From positions 1-61,904 of the IMG/VR virus record IMGVR_UViG_3300042556_002563: a DNA stretch of 61,904 nucleotides. The stretch is one strand, 5' to 3'. The stretch comes from a virus. Lineage: Duplodnaviria; Caudoviricetes. Every line of letters begins with the position of its first letter. Position 1 is the first letter of the stretch. The position numbers were made by a program, and so were the translations under genes. The notes below the pieces were generated by a model. That model made no database searches and had not been told where the DNA came from. It saw only the letters and a list, made by a program, of their open reading frames with translations. This document shows, in pieces, positions 51,748-60,306 of this stretch.

Positions 51748-52242
51748 CTAGTTGTCGTCCCCGGGCCCGGCGACTGGTTCGACTGAAATGACTTCAAATG
51801 TCCCATACTTTTCCTGCGCGTTATTGAACGGGGAAAACCCGCGATACTTGCCAACGAGCGTCAGCAAGTGCACAAAGTCCGCTAATGGTATCTCATCCGG
51901 CAAGACAGCAGACAAGACCACCGTGTCGCCGGGCCGAAAAGCTTCGTGGAGCGCAAAATGACTACGCGTGTTTTCGCCCTGCGGCTGCACCACGGTCCGC
52001 CGCCAGTCATTGCGTGGCTCGCCGACTACTACCGGACACCAGTCAATTTTTTTGACTTCAGCGTGATGCTTATTCGCAATCTTTGCCGCGTACCGCATGC
52101 ACGACAGCCACGCTGAAGGCAAAAACATCACGCGCTGACTGGGGTCGCGATCAAAGCAGAAAATAACCTGTCCGTGTTTACGTTTTTTTGCCGCGCCCAT
52201 ACATACGCGGTTGAAACGCAGAGTAACCGTGATTTCTCGCAT
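51748..52242 (-). CDS. Stand-alone RAMP (Cas7-group-like) protein
   Basis: ITVTLRF....G; FDRD...VMFLPSAW...MR.AA; HEAF.PG; LL..VG.YRG.......YGTFEV (degenerate G-loop). Confidence 0.6.
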   Translation of the reverse strand: MREITVTLRFNRVCMGAAKKRKHGQVIFCFDRDPSQRVMFLPSAWLSCMRYAAKIANKHHAEVKKIDWCPVVVGEPRNDWRRTVVQPQGENTRSHFALHEAFRPGDTVVLSAVLPDEIPLADFVHLLTLVGKYRGFSPFNNAQEKYGTFEVISVEPVAGPGDDN

Positions 52243-52248
52243 ACTACA

Positions 52249-53184
52249 CTATTTTTTACTCATGTGCTCGTCGTACGCTGCGCATTCTGCCGGTGTTTTA
52301 AAAAACATGTTCGGTACAAATAGGCCGTCTTTTACACCAGCGCGTGTCTCCAACGCGGCCAGCCAGTTATACCGCAGATATCTTATAAACGCTTGCGACG
52401 CGCGCAAATCACCTTTGGCCCCGCCCCCAGCGGCGTTATACACACGATACAGAAAGTTCGCTGGCGCCTGCGCGTCCACGGCCTCTGGCAGTTGCGTTTT
52501 CCACGTAGACAACACCGTCTGACAACGAAACTCTCGGGCCTTTGTTACAAGACACGCCGGTTGCGACACACGCGCCTGTGTTTGCGGCGTAAGCCCCAGA
52601 TATAGCTCCAGTTTTGCCGCGCGATCAGGCGAACGGCGATCTACGTACCAGCGCGGATCAATTATCGTTGTTAGCAACTTGGCTGCGTCTGGCTCCGCCA
52701 CCGTAGGTATAAACAACAATGCTTTGCGCGCTGGGTGAATGTGAAAGTACGTTTCCGCGGCATCATCGAAAATGAACTGATTGCGCAACATTCGCGCCAG
52801 CATGGCGTACGTCGGATAATCGTGCAACGACAACGTGTGCCACCCGCCGGCTGCTGCCGCGATATCCACGCTGCGCATGCGTGACAGCACAATACTGGGC
52901 TCATGCAATTCAGCCGCTTCGTGCAGAATATTGGGCCCGGCAATTTCTACCGAGCGCAACTCCTTATTATTGCGCTTTAAATACAGCGCGCTAATAAGCT
53001 CTGCGTTTTGCGCCATACCGATAACGCGCACAACAGTGCCTGTGCCGTGAATTACTGGCGCCAGCAAAAACTCGTCAACCAACTGGTTAGAATTAACCGG
53101 CGGCCCAATACCAACCGAGTACCACACCCGTTTATCGGTGGCGGTATACAGTTTAATGATATTTTCATCGGGTGTGTTGACCAT
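52249..53184 (-). CDS. Degenerate IS110-transposase/Nop-fold (Tas-like) protein
   Basis: HP...L.FIP.V....AAKLL..I.DP.WY......KL..YLGL.P matches the IS110 Transposase_20 helix-hairpin-helix region; the N-terminus has RuvC-like strand order but no DEDD acids. Confidence 0.6.
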   Translation of the reverse strand: MVNTPDENIIKLYTATDKRVWYSVGIGPPVNSNQLVDEFLLAPVIHGTGTVVRVIGMAQNAELISALYLKRNNKELRSVEIAGPNILHEAAELHEPSIVLSRMRSVDIAAAAGGWHTLSLHDYPTYAMLARMLRNQFIFDDAAETYFHIHPARKALLFIPTVAEPDAAKLLTTIIDPRWYVDRRSPDRAAKLELYLGLTPQTQARVSQPACLVTKAREFRCQTVLSTWKTQLPEAVDAQAPANFLYRVYNAAGGGAKGDLRASQAFIRYLRYNWLAALETRAGVKDGLFVPNMFFKTPAECAAYDEHMSKK

Positions 53185-55321
53185 GTCGCAGCTCCGGCGC
53201 TTCAAGTTGTATGGTAGATTCGAACAAGTGCGACAAATTCGACGCGTGTGTGACTAACAAACACTGTAACCCCTTTGCGGTAGACAAGTCACGCAATTTC
53301 TCAAGGACTGGCGCTAACGCTTGAATACGCGGCTGATCCAAAGAAGCAGTCGGCTCGTCCAGCGCGAGCAATCCGATTTCTTCTGCAAACATGGCGTTGA
53401 CGGCGACGCGAAACGCAAGAGCCAAGACGGTCTTTTGCCCAATCGATAAACGCTGAGCGACTTGCCGTCGTCCGTCAAAGAATTCTGCGACGAACGTAGG
53501 TGTTCCATCCGTAGCCACCTTTACAACAAAATTTACGCAAAAAATCTGTAGCAACTCATTAATAGCTGACTCAAGCCGCTGAAGGTTTCGCTGCGCTACA
53601 AGCCGCGGGGCGTTTTTGAGCGCTTCCCTAGCTGACTCCGCAAGCCCGGTCCATTTACGCAGTTGTGCCGCCGTCTGCTCTTGCTGCTGTGCGAGATCAC
53701 GCTGCTCCTCGATACGCTTCATTTCAAACATCAGCTGCGTGCGCTGCTCTGACAACTCGTTCCGGTTCTTCAACAGCTGCTGCCGCGTCTGCAAGTTTGT
53801 CTGGGCTAAATGCGCGTCGGACTGGGTAACAACAGCAGTTTTGATACTTTCTTCCAGCTGCTCGCGCCGGTCTCGCAACCCGGACAGCACGCCCGCCAGT
53901 TTGGCTTTGTTCTCGCGGGCTTGTTGTGCCAGAGGCATGATTTCCTGCTTTACCTGCTGGAACTGCTCGTAGTCGCCCACGGCTTGTTGCAGCTCATCTT
54001 CAGACGCTGCCGGCGGCGCAACAACAGTCAAATCACGCTCAGAGTCATCCAACCGCTTTTCTTGGCCTGCCAGCTCTTCTTCTTTCTTCAACCACTGCGC
54101 ATGCGCCTGCTCGGCATCCTTCTTTTCCATCCAGCTCGCGTCCAGCAAGATGTGCTGCCCGCTGAGTTTTGTCAGAATATCGTGCTGTTCTTTAACCTGC
54201 GCTGTTAGCTGTGACGTTGGCGTATGACACGTCGGGCACTCGGCAATGCCTTCGGCTGTAAACAGCTTGACAAACTTCTCAGCTTCTTTGATCTGCCGCT
54301 CATTATTTTCTAGCTGCCGGTACAACTGCTCGGCTGTCTCGCCAGCCGGCTTTGGCGGTTCCGGGTTCTTCTCGCGCAACCCGGCAATATACGCCCGCTG
54401 CTCCTGAAGCTTTTCTTTCAGCTTGGCCACATGCTTGTAGCTTTCCCAGTGCCCTAGCGCCGTCCGGGCGGCAGCATACGCTTCTTCTTGCCCGTTAGCC
54501 GCTTCGGTTAACGCAACAAGATCCTCTTCATACTGCTTGCCGGCGGATACAGCCGCATCAAGCTGGGCCTGAGCGGCTGCTTCCTGCTGCGCAAGCTTCG
54601 CTAGCTCTTGCCCAGCCTTCTCGCGTTCCTCCCACTGCCGAATCGTCACTTGGTCGGCCTGCATGCTGGTAAGGAAGTCATCCAGCGTCGGGAGCTTGGC
54701 TATCTGCGCCGCTAGCTTCGCTGCGTCATGGTGCAGCTGCTCTAGCTGCGCCTGAAGCACACCCGGCGTCTGCACGACCTCCGGTATTGATATCTTTGCC
54801 AGCGCCTTGCCAATCACGTCCTGACACTTGTCCGCCTTGGCCGTGTTAAACAGCCGCTGGAAGAACTTGTCCGTGTCAGTCTGGTTGTCGTCGATAAACG
54901 AAAATATATCCGTCTGGCCAACGATGATAAACCGGCTGATAAACTTGGAGTCAACGCCCAAGAGTTTCTCAATGCCGGCCGTTACAGACTTGTCACCGCG
55001 GCCAACTTCTTTGCCGTCCACAGTCAGGATCGACTGCTCCTTCTCGGGGAGCAGATGGCGCGTCACGACAGCCATATGGCCGTTATGTTCAAACTCCAGC
55101 GTGGCGTACGACGGCTCACCCTCTTTGGCGTACTGGGACACATTGTCCGCTTTCACGCCGTAATTGGGATTCTCGCCCGTCAGCAACCATCGGATCGCGC
55201 CAAATAGACTGCTCTTCCCAGAACCGTTCTCACCCAGAATAGCAACGAGCCCGCGAGTAAACTCACATACTCGATACCTGTGGTGCACCCAGTTCTTCAC
55301 TTCCAGCCGCAAGAGCTGCAT
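53165..55321 (-). CDS. sbcC: SbcC/Rad50-like (gp46) ABC ATPase
   Basis: GENGSGKS, Q-loop, coiled coils with a CPTC zinc hook, LSIGQ signature, LDEPT, VTH. Confidence 0.92.
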   Translation of the reverse strand: MQLLRLEVKNWVHHRYRVCEFTRGLVAILGENGSGKSSLFGAIRWLLTGENPNYGVKADNVSQYAKEGEPSYATLEFEHNGHMAVVTRHLLPEKEQSILTVDGKEVGRGDKSVTAGIEKLLGVDSKFISRFIIVGQTDIFSFIDDNQTDTDKFFQRLFNTAKADKCQDVIGKALAKISIPEVVQTPGVLQAQLEQLHHDAAKLAAQIAKLPTLDDFLTSMQADQVTIRQWEEREKAGQELAKLAQQEAAAQAQLDAAVSAGKQYEEDLVALTEAANGQEEAYAAARTALGHWESYKHVAKLKEKLQEQRAYIAGLREKNPEPPKPAGETAEQLYRQLENNERQIKEAEKFVKLFTAEGIAECPTCHTPTSQLTAQVKEQHDILTKLSGQHILLDASWMEKKDAEQAHAQWLKKEEELAGQEKRLDDSERDLTVVAPPAASEDELQQAVGDYEQFQQVKQEIMPLAQQARENKAKLAGVLSGLRDRREQLEESIKTAVVTQSDAHLAQTNLQTRQQLLKNRNELSEQRTQLMFEMKRIEEQRDLAQQQEQTAAQLRKWTGLAESAREALKNAPRLVAQRNLQRLESAINELLQIFCVNFVVKVATDGTPTFVAEFFDGRRQVAQRLSIGQKTVLALAFRVAVNAMFAEEIGLLALDEPTASLDQPRIQALAPVLEKLRDLSTAKGLQCLLVTHASNLSHLFESTIQLEAPELRHGQHTR

Positions 55322-56435
55322 CTTCAAGTTCTCCCGTCATGTACTTAGAAAACTGTACATCAAGCTCTTTACCCGCATCCTCCGCGACCAACAAGGCCGC
55401 GGCTAGTTTGTACGCCTCTGAATTTTCACCGACTAGATCCGCCAGCGCGCCCAGCAAGTCGTTCTTGGCACTGTCGCGGGTCGCTGTTTTGGAGGTACTG
55501 TATTTCTCGTTAATTGCTTCACACGCAATATTCGCGAAATCGCCTACCGCTGTCATCAGCCGTAAATACGCGTCCGGCAGCTGCTTATCGAACTTGATTC
55601 GAACCAGCGGCTTGTTGATGTTCGCCGGCAGCGTATCGTCCAGCTGGTCATTGATATCTTTGAGCAGCTGGCCGGCACACAGGGAGTCTAGCGTGTCTTG
55701 GTCTTTGACAACGTAGTTCAGGAACCTGCGCGTCCTAAGCTGAATCGGCGTAAAGACAATCTCACCAGTCGTGGGGATACGGCCAATTACGAAGAAGAAC
55801 TTATCAGGGCTCTCGCTCATGTCTTGCATGCAGGTCGAGCCGGGAGACAGCATCGTAACTGTTTTTCCTTGCGCGTTGGCGCTGGTAACTGTTTTGGTGA
55901 CATGAAAATCACCATTGAGCACAGTCGTCACGTGGTAAACATCTGTAAGCTCACAGTCAGTGCGGCCGAGATTCCCCATGAAGTCTTTCCAGACCTGATG
56001 GGTGATCAAGATATCTGTATCCTGCGGTACGCGCGTAAACGCGTCTTGAATGTCGCCGCGGGGCAGCCAGTCAAAGCCAGCAACCTTGACGCCATTAATA
56101 TCAAAACTGGCTTCGTGCATGTAAATTGGCCAGTCATGCGCGCTCAACCACGGGGCGTTACGGTCGAACTCGTGGTTACCCTGAATGTAGTACACGGGCA
56201 CACCGGCATCCCGCATTCGGGACAAACCTTCGAAGAGCCGGGCAATCGGGCGCGCAGAGTTGCTTTTCTTCTCTAATACGTCGCCGCCAAGTATGAGCGG
56301 CAGACGGCACGCGATGCAGTAATCGACAATCTGCTCAAAGCTGTAGTACGCGTCGCCGTAGATCCCCGGACGACTCGACCACGCGCCGTCCTCAAGATGA
56401 AGGTCGGCGCAGAAAACAAACAAGGGGGTCGACAC
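55263..56435 (-). CDS. sbcD: SbcD/Mre11-like (gp47) metallophosphoesterase nuclease
   Basis: DLH, GD, GNHE, THQ, GDFH, PGS motifs. Confidence 0.9.
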   Translation of the reverse strand: MSTPLFVFCADLHLEDGAWSSRPGIYGDAYYSFEQIVDYCIACRLPLILGGDVLEKKSNSARPIARLFEGLSRMRDAGVPVYYIQGNHEFDRNAPWLSAHDWPIYMHEASFDINGVKVAGFDWLPRGDIQDAFTRVPQDTDILITHQVWKDFMGNLGRTDCELTDVYHVTTVLNGDFHVTKTVTSANAQGKTVTMLSPGSTCMQDMSESPDKFFFVIGRIPTTGEIVFTPIQLRTRRFLNYVVKDQDTLDSLCAGQLLKDINDQLDDTLPANINKPLVRIKFDKQLPDAYLRLMTAVGDFANIACEAINEKYSTSKTATRDSAKNDLLGALADLVGENSEAYKLAAALLVAEDAGKELDVQFSKYMTGELEDAALAAGSEELGAPQVSSM

Positions 56436-56444
56436 AAATAACTC

Positions 56445-57101
56445 CTAGTCCTCGTCATCGTCGGTATCGTTGCCGTAAAACCAATTTAAGAAATCATCCT
56501 CGTCTTCTTCGTCGTCGTACGCATTCAACTCGTCGTCATACTGCCCGTCTAGCGACTGCGTAAAATAATCGGCAAAATCTTCTTTGTCATTTGGCGGTTG
56601 CCAAAACTTGTTTTTGATATCAAGCGTTGTTTCGTTCGACAGCAGTTTTTTCAGAGACTGCAAATACGTCGATAACACGTCTGGCAGTGCGCCGTGATTG
56701 AGATTAAACGCGCTTTTTATTGTTTTGCCCCACGTCGCCGGTTCGCCGCTAAACCAGCCGTCGTCTTTTTTGATTTGGCCCGCGCCCGTTGTTTTGACGA
56801 TCTTGAAAAACGACAAGGTGAACAAATCGGCAAGATCGTCAAGATTTGGAATTGGCGGCAGTTGTTTTTCCCTGAATTTATGCTCCGCCGCTAGCGCGTG
56901 CAATGTGCTGTCAAATTCCGCATGCATTTCACGCAAACTGCGCGCCATTCTTGCAGCCGTGACAACTGATTTGACATTAGCTTCAGTTGGTGCCATCAAG
57001 TGAAAAATCGATTGCAGCATGTCGTAGTCGCGATGCATTGCGGCTACGTAAACGCGGATGAAATGCTTTTCAACCGTCGACATGTTGTGCGGATCAAGCA
57101 T
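56445..57101 (-). CDS. Hypothetical protein with highly acidic C-terminus
   Basis: D/E-rich last ~45 aa; start uncertain. Confidence 0.6.
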   Translation of the reverse strand: MLDPHNMSTVEKHFIRVYVAAMHRDYDMLQSIFHLMAPTEANVKSVVTAARMARSLREMHAEFDSTLHALAAEHKFREKQLPPIPNLDDLADLFTLSFFKIVKTTGAGQIKKDDGWFSGEPATWGKTIKSAFNLNHGALPDVLSTYLQSLKKLLSNETTLDIKNKFWQPPNDKEDFADYFTQSLDGQYDDELNAYDDEEDEDDFLNWFYGNDTDDDED

Positions 57102-57124
57102 GCGGCACCAACGCAAAAAGTTAC

Positions 57125-57331
57125 CTACAGTTTAGCAGCGTCACGACGATTAAACGCTGTTTCTGGCAGGGAAATAGTGTTTAACATTTCGTGATAACCT
57201 GCTTTTGCCCAGTCTACCCTGTAATGTGGTTTTTTGGCGCGCGCAACGCACTCAAGAATTGTAAGATGCAGCAACGGCCTGTCGCCAATTTGTAGCGTTA
57301 GCGTATCACCAACTTTATGCTTGTACATCAT
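57125..57331 (-). CDS. Small hypothetical protein (YK..VGD N-terminus)
   Basis: ORF fits the tiling. Confidence 0.5.
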   Translation of the reverse strand: MMYKHKVGDTLTLQIGDRPLLHLTILECVARAKKPHYRVDWAKAGYHEMLNTISLPETAFNRRDAAKL

Positions 57332-57671
57332 CCTTGTTTTTTGATCGGCGGTTGTGCGTTCTTACGCGGTGACAGTTAGAACAGACAAGATCACACTTTG
57401 CAATTTCTGCAAACAACACGGGGCGGCTACAGCTTCTGTTTAAAATATCAGCAACGTTTGCTGTTTTTTCGCCCCGCACGTGGTCGAAATCCATAACGTA
57501 ATACGGATACGCCACGCCGCAATCCACGCACGATTTGGATTCTTTATAGGCTCTGACCTCTAAACGCAATTTGGACGTTGAAACCTTCGAACGGTTAATC
57601 TGCTCCTCGCGGTGGCGTTCATACCACCGCCGATTCGCTTCCTTGCGTTTTTCTGGATCAGAGTAAGGCAT
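57315..57671 (-). CDS. HNH endonuclease
   Basis: CVDCG...DFDH...EIAKCDLVCSNCHR.RT. Confidence 0.88.
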   Translation of the reverse strand: MPYSDPEKRKEANRRWYERHREEQINRSKVSTSKLRLEVRAYKESKSCVDCGVAYPYYVMDFDHVRGEKTANVADILNRSCSRPVLFAEIAKCDLVCSNCHRVRTHNRRSKNKDDVQA

Positions 57672-57713
57672 CCTTGCCTCCACCGTTATTGCGTGATTAT
57701 CGCTGGCTATACG

Positions 57714-58085
57714 CTATCGTGTGATTTTTTTACGCCGCTTGGGCAACAGTGCAAGCTGGTTGTACCACCAACGCGAGGCGGCGTACATATAAAAATCAGT
57801 CAATTCAGCGTCAAGATTGCCATTAGATCCGAGCGCGTCGTACACGTAAAACCAGTCTGTAATTGCGTCTAATTTCCACGCCTTAATCGCTTTGAGGTCG
57901 TCAGCGATTTCCTTTTTGAGTACGCCAACTTCAGGCGCGTACTCAGTCATGATGCGACAAATATGTTTAATCAGATGGTTACGAAGCGGCGCTCCGATTA
58001 AACGCAGATCTTTTTTCTGCGTAGCCGTCAGATTTTTTTCCTTAGCCGCCCGATAGGTTTGATGCACTAAATTGCGTTTTTGCAT
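57714..58085 (-). CDS. Hypothetical protein
   Basis: ORF directly downstream of the tRNA. Confidence 0.55.
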   Translation of the reverse strand: MQKRNLVHQTYRAAKEKNLTATQKKDLRLIGAPLRNHLIKHICRIMTEYAPEVGVLKKEIADDLKAIKAWKLDAITDWFYVYDALGSNGNLDAELTDFYMYAASRWWYNQLALLPKRRKKITR

Positions 58086-58125
58086 ACAACTTTCCAAAAG
58101 TGAGATAAAACAAGTTAACGACCCA

Positions 58126-58196
58126 ATGCCCGACTAGGATTCGAACCTAGACAAAGAAAATCAAAATTTCTTGTGCTACCGTTACACCATCGGGCA
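58126..58196 (-). tRNA. tRNA-Gln(UUG), CCA not encoded
   Basis: TGCCCGA/TCGGGCA acceptor, D arm GGTGTAACGGTAGCAC, anticodon arm AGAAA-TTTTGAT-TTTCT, T arm CTAGG-TTCGAAT-CCTAG. Confidence 0.93.
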
Positions 58197-58224
58197 ACGC
58201 GCTGCATCCTTGCATATACGATTT

Positions 58225-58368
58225 CTGATACGCGGTTTAGGATCCGTCTTGAAACCCCTATCAGCTTCGCAGTTACAAACCCACTCGCGACTTGGGTGTC
58301 GGACCGCCGAATGATTGGCAGCGGCTTTTGGAGACCGGGAACAGGGGCGCCGACACGCCCGTCGTGAA
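58225..58368. ncRNA. Candidate structured non-coding RNA upstream of the tRNA
   Basis: Largest non-coding gap in the window; two stem-loops at 58225-58264 and 58284-58368. Confidence 0.4.
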
Positions 58369-58386
58369 CGAACTTTGACCTGTTGA

Positions 58387-58950
58387 CTACACCAGCGACA
58401 CAAATTTTTTGGCAAGCGCAATGGATGCAAGGTTATCGTTCTCAGCGTTGTGCGATACGCCAGTGTCGATATTGAATACCTTGCGTAAATTGTCGAGGTT
58501 GCAACCGCCCTGAAACTTGTTCGCGGCGGCAAACAACCGTGCAGATGCGCAGGTGTCCAGTGCTGGATTGGTGAAGTACTCACCCCATTTTTCTTCCGGC
58601 AGCAAGTAGTGCTGCAAGAATTTTACGTCAAAAGGCACATTGTGCCCCGCAGGTACAAGACGCCGATGGCCAGTGACCGTCAGCGCCTCTTTGATGAACA
58701 GCGTAAAAAGCTCAGCTGCTTCTTGAACTGAAAAGCCATTGGCGTCGTTATCCGACAAGTCAATCTGATTGACTTCCATGGCTTTTGGGTGGACCGTGTA
58801 ATTTGCGTGCTTTACCTTGACGTACATGCCCGGATCGAACTCGTGGATCCGAATGATATCAAAGTGCCTGTCGGTCAAAATTGCCGACACGGTGAGCAGA
58901 CTGTATTGCGGTGTTAGCCCACCCGTTTCAGTGTCAAAAAACAAATACAC
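58387..58950 (-). CDS. DEDDh 3'-5' exonuclease (DnaQ/RNase T-like)
   Basis: FFDTETGG, GHNVPFD, LDT, HNAEND. Confidence 0.9.
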   Translation of the reverse strand: MYLFFDTETGGLTPQYSLLTVSAILTDRHFDIIRIHEFDPGMYVKVKHANYTVHPKAMEVNQIDLSDNDANGFSVQEAAELFTLFIKEALTVTGHRRLVPAGHNVPFDVKFLQHYLLPEEKWGEYFTNPALDTCASARLFAAANKFQGGCNLDNLRKVFNIDTGVSHNAENDNLASIALAKKFVSLV

Positions 58951-58953
58951 GAT

Positions 58954-59217
58954 TTAGACATCCGTAGTTGTGTCGTGAAAGCTGACGAATTCTCCGCCGT
59001 CTTCGCTGAACAAGATCCCGGGTCTTCCGCCGTTCTCTTCCGTAGTCTCGTTTGCAATCTTTTCGAGCATGTCGTAGACCTTCCGGCCCTGTACTTTGCC
59101 CAGCTTCAGCTGGAGCAGCGCCTTGACCGACAAGTACTCCTCAAAACCATGCTCCGTCTCAAAGTCCGGGTTATCGTCGTCGATGAACCCACCAAAATCG
59201 AAATTGTTTGTGGCCAT
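58954..59217 (-). CDS. Small acidic hypothetical protein
   Basis: ORF fits the tiling; D/E-rich. Confidence 0.6.
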   Translation of the reverse strand: MATNNFDFGGFIDDDNPDFETEHGFEEYLSVKALLQLKLGKVQGRKVYDMLEKIANETTEENGGRPGILFSEDGGEFVSFHDTTTDV

Positions 59218-59220
59218 AAA

Positions 59221-60306
59221 TTAATACATCACAGTGAGCGCTACAGCGCAATGAGGCAGCGGGAAAAAGTACACGCCGCGTGCTGAAAAATATCGTGGGT
59301 GGTCCAACCGCATAAGTGTGGTTTCGCCGCGCATAAGCCGGGCGCCAACGTAGGGCCCGGTCTTGGACGGTAACGCATCCAATACAACCGTCATGTCTGT
59401 GTCTGGTACCGCAAAACGCACTGTTGCGCCAAGCGGGCCGGTCGTGTGCGCCGTAATATGCTCTTTGTCGCGAGCGTAGTCAAGCACTTGCGCAAGCGAT
59501 TTGACGTTTTCTTTATCCGCTCTGACATGATGCACAATTTGCGTATACACGCCCAGCGCGCCGCCCTGTGTAATTTGCTGCTCTAGCTCTTCAGCTAATA
59601 TGCCGGCCCATTTCAATTCTTCTGCTACACGCAATGTGTATAGCAACAGCGCCGGGCACACATTGGCGTAGTCGTCTGCGTCTTCTGTGACCTTGAGCGT
59701 AAATGCCGCGTCATTCTTGGGAATCGACACATACTCGCCAGTTTCGAGAATCGTGGACCATACGCTGATCCCGCTATCAAACGCTAAACCGCGCAACGCC
59801 GGCCCGGGCTCGCCAGAGGCCAGCGTGCCGCGAACCGTAACCAAACCAGCACCAAACGTGCTAGCTAGCTTGCTGGAAAACACAGCCGGCTTAAAAACTC
59901 GGCCAAGCATGCGTTCTGTGTAGATCTCAGGCGGTGCTGGTTTGGCCGCGACAGGCGCTTTACGCGACGCGACCTCGTCCAGAATACTATCGAGCAGCAC
60001 GTCAGAGGCGTGCGCCGGATCGCTCTCAACCAGCTCAGAAAATACCACCAAAGCTTCTAGCGCTACGTTTGGATCTTTGTACGCCAACAGCTTCTTGGTG
60101 AACGAAAAATCAACGTTTTGCCACTCGATATTCATAGCCGACTCGGCTATGTACTCCAACACGCTATACAGCATGTTGTCACCCAGCTGGCTGAATATGC
60201 GGAATGTCTCTAGTAGCGCAGCTGTTGCACGCAGTTTGTCTTTTGTCGTAGTTGTCTTGGGAAACTTATCAAGGAGTGTGGTCAAATCAACTTTGTTCGA
60301 TGTCAT
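59221..60306 (-). CDS. Hypothetical protein (361 aa)
   Basis: Long ORF. Confidence 0.65.
   Translation of the reverse strand: MTSNKVDLTTLLDKFPKTTTTKDKLRATAALLETFRIFSQLGDNMLYSVLEYIAESAMNIEWQNVDFSFTKKLLAYKDPNVALEALVVFSELVESDPAHASDVLLDSILDEVASRKAPVAAKPAPPEIYTERMLGRVFKPAVFSSKLASTFGAGLVTVRGTLASGEPGPALRGLAFDSGISVWSTILETGEYVSIPKNDAAFTLKVTEDADDYANVCPALLLYTLRVAEELKWAGILAEELEQQITQGGALGVYTQIVHHVRADKENVKSLAQVLDYARDKEHITAHTTGPLGATVRFAVPDTDMTVVLDALPSKTGPYVGARLMRGETTLMRLDHPRYFSARGVYFFPLPHCAVALTVMY

Noticed and set aside
52249-53184. Active IS110 insertion sequence
   Set aside because: No DEDD catalytic residues, no non-coding ends, and overlap with sbcC.
51700-53250. CRISPR, TIGR-type or 5-nt-period guide array next to the RAMP/IS110-like genes
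   Set aside because: No non-coding space flanks these genes, and no such repeat was seen in any intergenic gap of the window.
53420-53460. Non-canonical ABC signature LSIGQ as a sign of inactive SbcC
   Set aside because: Phage gp46-type signatures vary, and Walker A/B, D-loop, H-loop and zinc hook are intact.
58086-58125. tRNA-associated HDV-like (theta) ribozyme
   Set aside because: The 3' trailer is short, AT-rich and lacks the nested pseudoknot.
58126-58196. Suppressor tRNA or stop-codon recoding
   Set aside because: Anticodon is UUG (Gln), and TAG, TGA and TAA all end genes cleanly with tight tiling.
58182-58583. 133-aa minus-strand ORF spanning the non-coding gap
   Set aside because: Overlaps the exonuclease out of frame and runs into the tRNA; no protein-like features.
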